From the NCBI GenBank assembly GCA_046759765.1, contig JBHICV010000002.1, positions 1 to 49,149 on the forward strand: a stretch of 49,149 nt of DNA. Reading direction: 5' to 3'. Within the stretch, counting starts at the first letter, position 1. Every line of letters starts with the position of its first letter. This stretch comes from Acidimicrobiia bacterium (GTDB taxonomy: Bacteria; Actinomycetota; Acidimicrobiia; Spongiisociales; CAZKJJ01). The translations under genes and the position numbers were made by a program. Under the pieces are notes generated by a model, which saw only the letters and a list, made by a program, of their open reading frames with translations, was not told the DNA's origin and did not search any database. Positions 44,444-49,149 of the stretch are shown piece after piece.

Positions 44444-45340
44444 ATGACCGCGGCCATTGTCACTGAGCAGCTCTCGAAGTACTACGGCAAGACTCCCGGC
44501 ATTCTGGACCTCGACCTGGAGGTATCCACGGGCGAGGTGTTCGGCTTCCTGGGCCCGAACGGAGCCGGTAAGACGACGACAATCCGGACCTTGCTGGATC
44601 TACTCCACCCCACCAGCGGTCGGGCGACGATTCTCGGGTTGGACAGTCAGACCGATTCCGTCGAGGTTCGGAAGAGATGTGGATTTCTTCCCGCCGAACT
44701 CGAGCTTTACGACGAGATGACGGGACGAGAGCTCGCCTTTTACTTCGGGTCTCTTCGGGGTTTCGATGCTTGGGACCGAGTGGATACGTTGGCGGAACGG
44801 CTCAACTTCGATCTGGATCAAAAGATCGCCTCATACTCGTCGGGAACGCGGCAGAAGATCGGCATCCTGCAGGCGGTGATGCACGAGCCCGAGCTGCTGA
44901 TTCTCGACGAACCGACCGTGGCGCTGGATCCGCTGATGCAGCAAGAGTTTTATCAGTTGATCGATGAGATAAGGGCGGATGGCCGCACGGTGTTTCTCTC
45001 GTCGCACGTCTTGCCGGTGGTGGAAAGGCTGGCCGATCGGGTCGGCATTGTGCGCCAGAGCCGACTGATCGTGGTGGAGGAGACTGAGACTCTCAAAGCG
45101 AAGGCGCGGCGCCGCCTGTTGCTGACCTTCTCGGGGCCGGTTACTCCGAGAACGTTCGAGACGCTCCCCGGAGTCCACGAAGTTCGAATCAACGAGAACG
45201 GACACTTCCTCGAAGTGGTGGTCGAAGGGTCGGTCGACGCCGTACTCAAGGAGGCCTCCAAGAACGAGGTAGAGAACGTGGTGACTCACGACGGCGATCT
45301 CGAGGACGCCTTTCTCGCCTACTACCGCACGGAGGGCTGA
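44444..45340 (+). CDS. ABC transporter ATP-binding protein (ABC-2 type)
   Basis: Walker A GPNGAGKTTT, signature YSSGTRQK and Walker B LLILDEPT. The start is placed at ATG 44444. Confidence 0.9.
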   Translation: MTAAIVTEQLSKYYGKTPGILDLDLEVSTGEVFGFLGPNGAGKTTTIRTLLDLLHPTSGRATILGLDSQTDSVEVRKRCGFLPAELELYDEMTGRELAFYFGSLRGFDAWDRVDTLAERLNFDLDQKIASYSSGTRQKIGILQAVMHEPELLILDEPTVALDPLMQQEFYQLIDEIRADGRTVFLSSHVLPVVERLADRVGIVRQSRLIVVEETETLKAKARRRLLLTFSGPVTPRTFETLPGVHEVRINENGHFLEVVVEGSVDAVLKEASKNEVENVVTHDGDLEDAFLAYYRTEG

Positions 45341-47007
45341 TGCTCACCACCGTCTTCGGTAAGGCCGTCTGGGACCGGCGGCTGTCGATGATCTACTGGC
45401 TGGTCGGGACCGCAGTGTTGACGGCCTTTCTGGTCGCCTTCTATCCCACTATTCGTGACAGCCCGGCGATGCAGGACTTTCTGGAGGAGTTTCCGCCGGC
45501 CTTCCTGTCGGCATTCGGTATCGACCCGGCGACTTTCACGACCGGTTACGGATACGTGCAAGGAGAGCTCTACTCGCTGGTAGCGCCGATCGTGGCGATT
45601 GCGTTTGCCGTGGGCATGGGATCAGCGGCGACCGCGGCCGAGGAGGAAGCTGGAACGATGGATCAGCTGCTCTCCCTGCCGATCCGACGAGATTCACTCG
45701 TGACGCAGAGGATCTTTGCTCAAGTGTTGCTCCTCGCGGTCCTGATGCTCGCATTCGTGTTCGTCTTGCTTCTCGGGAATCTCGTGGTCGACCTGCAGCT
45801 GTCTGTCGGTGGAGTTCTAGGCCTCAACCTCGGGCTCATGTTGCTCGGGCTGTTCTTTGGCACGATCTCGGCCGCCGTCGGGGCCTGGCGAGGCAAGACG
45901 TCCTGGGCGCAGGGGGCTGGGGCCGGCTTGGCCGTCGCCTCCTTCTTCATCTACGGGTTCGCTCCCCTCGTTCCGGCACTGGAGGGCCTGGAGAAGTTCA
46001 CGCCGTTTTACTGGTTCCTTGCGGGCGATCCCCTCTTGAACGGCCCGACGCCGTCGTTCCTGCTCTTGGGTGCAGGGTCGGTGCTCTTCGCGGTGGCTGC
46101 GGCACTCCTGTTTCGCCGGCGCGACATCCGAACCGAAGCGCCGCTCGCCGAGGGGATTCCGGCGGTATTGAAGAGGTCGATGCGCCGGCCGAGCAGCATG
46201 CTGCGATCCGTATATGGCAAGACTGCCTGGGAACGGCGGCGGTCGGTTTGGGGTTGGATGGGAGGGATGACGCTGATCGCGGTGGCGATCATCGCGTTCT
46301 ATCCCTCGATTGCCGGCGGCGGGCAGGACGCGTTTGCAGCGCTCATGGAGGCGATGCCGCCGGAGCTCTTGGCATTGTTCGGAATCACAGATCCCTCTGC
46401 GTTATTGACCGGGGCTGGCTTCGTTTCGAGCCGCGTCTATTCGAGCGTCGGACTCATCCTGATGCTCATCTTCACTATCGGGATGGGCACCGCCGCTCTA
46501 GCGGGCGAGGAAGACAAGGGCACTGCCGACCTGTTGTTAGCCCATCCACTGGCTCGGCGGCGCACTGTGACCAAGAAGTTCCTGGCGATGTTCACCCTGG
46601 TCGCCGGGATCATGGTGGGGCTGTTCGCGGTGATCTTCGTCGGGAATCTCATCGTGGATCTCGAAATCACAATTGAGGGGATGGTGGCGGCCAATGTCGG
46701 TCTAGCGTTGATCTCGCTGTTGTTCGGGTCGGTGGCGCTCGCCGTCGGAGCTTGGAAAGGGAGGCCGGGCCTCGCCACCGGGATGGCCGGCGGCCTCGCT
46801 ATCGCCCTTTTCTTCCTCAACGGACTTGCAGCAGCAGTCGACCCTCTCGAGGGGCTACGACCGCTCTCACCCTTCTATTGGTACCTGGGCGAGTCCACCC
46901 CCCTCGCCACCGGCTTCTCGGCGGCGTTCTGGCTGTTGGCGGCCGGAGTGGTGGTTTTCCTCGGTCTGGCCGTGATCCTGTTCCGCCGTCGCGACATCGC
47001 CACGTAG
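45340..47007 (+). CDS. ABC-2 family permease, internally duplicated (two fused permease modules)
   Basis: Both halves begin M L x x V (F/Y) G K x x W (D/E) R R and end LFRRRDI. The second module starts at the in-frame ATG 46198. ATGA-type overlap with the ATPase gene. Confidence 0.8.
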   Translation: MLTTVFGKAVWDRRLSMIYWLVGTAVLTAFLVAFYPTIRDSPAMQDFLEEFPPAFLSAFGIDPATFTTGYGYVQGELYSLVAPIVAIAFAVGMGSAATAAEEEAGTMDQLLSLPIRRDSLVTQRIFAQVLLLAVLMLAFVFVLLLGNLVVDLQLSVGGVLGLNLGLMLLGLFFGTISAAVGAWRGKTSWAQGAGAGLAVASFFIYGFAPLVPALEGLEKFTPFYWFLAGDPLLNGPTPSFLLLGAGSVLFAVAAALLFRRRDIRTEAPLAEGIPAVLKRSMRRPSSMLRSVYGKTAWERRRSVWGWMGGMTLIAVAIIAFYPSIAGGGQDAFAALMEAMPPELLALFGITDPSALLTGAGFVSSRVYSSVGLILMLIFTIGMGTAALAGEEDKGTADLLLAHPLARRRTVTKKFLAMFTLVAGIMVGLFAVIFVGNLIVDLEITIEGMVAANVGLALISLLFGSVALAVGAWKGRPGLATGMAGGLAIALFFLNGLAAAVDPLEGLRPLSPFYWYLGESTPLATGFSAAFWLLAAGVVVFLGLAVILFRRRDIAT

Positions 47008-47018
47008 CTCCCCAACCC

Positions 47019-47127
47019 GTTCTTGTGACGTTTATCCACCCTATAGGTGAGTACGCGTCACAAGAACCTTTAGGCCTCGTTCTTGTGACGTTTATCCACC
47101 CTATAGGTGAGTTAGCGTCACAAGAAC
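47019..47127. repeat. Two tandem copies (60-nt period) of a 49-nt imperfect palindrome
   Basis: Copy 1 (47019-47067) and copy 2 (47079-47127) are GTTCTTGTGACGTTTATCCACCCTATAGGTGAGT(AC/TA)GCGTCACAAGAAC, identical at 47 of 49 positions. The outer 12-bp arms GTTCTTGTGACG / CGTCACAAGAAC are perfect, and the inner arms TATCCACC / GGTGAGTA are imperfect. Confidence 0.9.
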
Positions 47128-47133
47128 GGGTGG

Positions 47134-48135
47134 TCAGCTGAGCGCCGGGATGATCTTCTCGCCGTAAGCGCGCAGCGTGTCCTCCTTGGCGTCGTGCATC
47201 AAGTAGATGGCGAACTGGTCGACTCCCAGCTCAGATAGCTCCTTCATCCGCTCGAGGTGGCCGTCGACCGGACCGAGGACGCAGAAGCGGTCGACAACTT
47301 CGTCCGTCACGAAGTCGGTCATTGGGTTGTCGGCCTTGCCGTGGTGCGAGTAGTCGTAGCCCTCCCGTGCTGCGATGTAATCACTGAGCTCTTTGGGTAC
47401 GCGTTCGGGGTCATCGCCGTAGCGAGTGACGAGGTCGGCGACATGGTTACCGACCATCCCGCCGAACCAGCGCACCTGATCACGCTGATGTGGCAGATCG
47501 TCCCCTACATAGGCAGGGGCGGCTACGCAGATGGCGATGTCGTCCGGGTCCCTTCCCGCTTCCGAAGCCCGTTCGCGTACAAACTGCGTCGTCCAGCGCA
47601 CCAGATAAGGGTCCGCCAGTTGCAGCACGAATCCGTCTGCCTCCTGGCCCACCAGCGTCAAAGCCTTAGGCCCGTAGCCCGCCGCCCACATTGGCAGATC
47701 CCAGCCGTCACCGACCCAGGGAATGCTCAGCGGTTGACCGAGATAGTCGACCTCGTCCCCAGCTACCAGTCCCTTGATCACCTTCATCGAGTCCGACATC
47801 TTCTGCATCGTCGTTGGCTTGCGCCCGATGACACGCAGCGCGGAATCGCCTCTGCCTATCCCGCAGATAGTGCGGCCATCGAACATCTCGTTGAGAGTGG
47901 CAAAGAGCGACGCCAGCACGGTCCAATCCCTCGTTGCCGGGTTGGTCACCAATGGTCCGACGATCATCCGATGGGTGGCGGCAAGCATCTGACTGAAGAT
48001 GACGAACGGCTCTTCCCACAGGACGTGCGAGTCGAACGTCCAGCCATAGCCGAATCCGTTCTCTTCGGCCAGGCGGGTCAGCTCTACCACTCGGCTAGCC
48101 GGGGGATTGGTCTGGAGCACGACTCCGAAGTCCAT
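47134..48135 (-). CDS. LLM-class (luciferase-like) flavin/F420-dependent oxidoreductase
   Basis: MDFGVVLQTNPP...GYGWTFDSHVLW...GPLVTNP...GIGRGDSA is a typical LLM/F420-dependent reductase pattern. The start is ATG 48135; the ORF opens at TTG 48156. Confidence 0.85.
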   Translation of the reverse strand: MDFGVVLQTNPPASRVVELTRLAEENGFGYGWTFDSHVLWEEPFVIFSQMLAATHRMIVGPLVTNPATRDWTVLASLFATLNEMFDGRTICGIGRGDSALRVIGRKPTTMQKMSDSMKVIKGLVAGDEVDYLGQPLSIPWVGDGWDLPMWAAGYGPKALTLVGQEADGFVLQLADPYLVRWTTQFVRERASEAGRDPDDIAICVAAPAYVGDDLPHQRDQVRWFGGMVGNHVADLVTRYGDDPERVPKELSDYIAAREGYDYSHHGKADNPMTDFVTDEVVDRFCVLGPVDGHLERMKELSELGVDQFAIYLMHDAKEDTLRAYGEKIIPALS

Positions 48136-48235
48136 GAAGGGCTCATTCTGCCCCAACGGCAGCGCTCGTTGGGGTCACACCGCGTTAACACCCTCTGGAC
48201 CTGCCGATAGGCCCCGTCGGCTACGGTCCTGCCAT

Positions 48236-48418
48236 GTCTTCGGTCACCTCGGTTCCGACGGCCAGCACTATCTGCGCCTGTCATTCGCCACCGGAATGGA
48301 ACAACTCCACGGAGGCATTGATCGCATGACTCGGGCATTTGGGGACAAAGAAGGCTTTGCCCGCTTCTTCGATGACGAAGCCCACCTCTGGCTCGGGCAC
48401 TCAGACGGGGAGCGCTGA
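48236..48418 (+). pseudogene. Remnant of the C-terminus of a class I/II aminotransferase
   Basis: VFGHLGSDGQHYLRLSFATGMEQLHGGIDRMTRAF resembles the C-terminal (F/Y)G..G.G(Y/F)(L/I)R(L/I)S(F/Y)A.S.E.L.EG..R segment of PLP aminotransferases. No upstream body of the gene is present. Confidence 0.4.
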
Positions 48419-49149
48419 TGCACGCGATTCAGGTGAGCGCAACCGGCGGACCGGAGCAGATGGTCTGGACCGAAAGAGATGTGCCGGAGCCCGCCCCGGG
48501 CCAGGTGCTCGTTCGCGTGGCGGCGGCGGGAGTCAATTTCATCGATGTCTATCAGCGCAAAGGTCTCTATCCGATGGGCCTTCCCTTTACTCCCGGACAG
48601 GAGGGTGCCGGTGTAGTCGAGGTGTTAGGCGCAGACACTGCCGGGATTTCGGTAGGCGCTCGCGTTGCCTGGACGGACGTTCTCGGCTCATATGGCGAGT
48701 TGGCGGTTCTGCCGAGTGACAGGGTCGTGGTTGTACCGGACGAGATCTCTCTCGATGACGCGGCAGCCGTCATGCTCCAGGGCAGCACCGCTCACTACCT
48801 CACCCACGACACGTTCCCTCTTACCGAGGGTCAGCACTGCCTGATCCATGCGGGAGCCGGCGGCGTGGGCCGACTGCTCATCCAGATCGCCAAGATGAAA
48901 GGCGCCCATGTGTTCGCTACGACCTCCACCGCGGCGAAGGCCGAGGTGGCGCACGCGGCGGGGGCGGACCACGTCATCCTGTATACGGAGACCGACTTCG
49001 GCGATGCTGTTACGGACCTGGTCGGGGAAAAGGCGCTCGACGTTGTCTACGACGGCGTTGGCGCGGCGACCCTCGAGCGCGGCCTCGAGCTCCTGCGTCC
49101 GCGGGGGATGATGGTTACGTTCGGCAACGCCAGTGGACGGCCGCCGGAG
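48418..49149 (+). CDS. qor: NADPH:quinone oxidoreductase (zeta-crystallin/MDR family), partial (runs off the right edge)
   Basis: Hand translation from ATG 48418 gives MHAIQVSATGGPEQMVWTERDVPEPAPGQVLVRVAAAGVNFIDVYQRKGLYPMGLPFTPGQEGAGVVEVLG...IHAGAGGVG. The frame stays open to 49149, so it is missing from the ORF track. Confidence 0.88.
   Translation, partial: MHAIQVSATGGPEQMVWTERDVPEPAPGQVLVRVAAAGVNFIDVYQRKGLYPMGLPFTPGQEGAGVVEVLGADTAGISVGARVAWTDVLGSYGELAVLPSDRVVVVPDEISLDDAAAVMLQGSTAHYLTHDTFPLTEGQHCLIHAGAGGVGRLLIQIAKMKGAHVFATTSTAAKAEVAHAAGADHVILYTETDFGDAVTDLVGEKALDVVYDGVGAATLERGLELLRPRGMMVTFGNASGRPPE

Noticed and set aside
47061-47086. GAAC...GTTC between the two repeat units as a LexA/Cheo SOS box
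   Set aside because: The spacing is GAAC-N11-GTTC, not the N4 of the Gram-positive/actinobacterial SOS box. No DNA-damage gene is adjacent.
47019-47127. The tandem palindromic repeat as a CRISPR array
   Set aside because: There are only two copies, the spacer between them is about 11 nt, no cas genes are in the window, and the units are long hairpins rather than 28-37-nt repeats separated by unique spacers.

Overview
This is a high-GC (judged by eye, not computed) Actinomycetota-type chromosomal segment covering the origin-proximal housekeeping block. Marker genes (bS22, PAC2, CwlM-like, ino1) and an ECF sigma/anti-sigma pair next to trxB-trxA point to an actinobacterium, possibly a deep-branching lineage such as Acidimicrobiia. 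That assignment is inference only.

Gene order:
- Left edge: dnaA on the minus strand, truncated by the window edge and absent from the ORF track. It is divergent from rpmH-rnpA-yidD-yidC-jag-[parS]-rsmG-parA-parB.
- Minus-strand block: cwlM-like, trxA, trxB, small membrane protein, anti-sigma, ECF sigma, stand-alone pseudokinase, DegV, GNAT.
- Then: HDAC-family deacetylase, orphan pilT, CCA-adding enzyme, pepP, GNAT, cis-prenyltransferase, PEBP, zinc-ribbon RNase HI, pyrE-hyp-nfo, BON/OmpA protein, ino1, lipoprotein, panB, DUF192.
- Then: rpsF-ssb-rpsR-rplI-dnaB, an anchored envelope protein, a lipobox-bearing pcm, an 812-aa spermidine-synthase-like membrane protein, VOC, DUF2330, epimerase, dcd plus tRNA-Gly(CCC), PhzF, CDF, thrB, bS22 (30 aa, below the ORF-track cutoff).
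- Right end: double-hotdog thioesterase, CopD-like protein, PAC2, ABC-2 transporter, a tandem palindromic element, an LLM oxidoreductase, and qor, which runs off the right edge and is absent from the ORF track.

I found no CRISPR array, transposase, integrase, phage gene or recognisable defence gene. The window reads as core chromosome, and I do not claim a new multi-gene system.

Most worth a second look:
- Two near-identical 49-nt palindromic units exactly 60 nt apart between convergent genes (47019-47127), each carrying a DnaA-box-like TTATCCAC.
- A stand-alone MviN-type pseudokinase with a beta-sandwich ectodomain but no MurJ module.
- A pcm with a lipoprotein signal.
- A near-consensus parS at the jag/rsmG junction.
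- A CwlM-like protein whose amidase metal ligands appear to be lost.

Start codons were chosen by hand from SD spacing and homology expectations and are less certain than stops.
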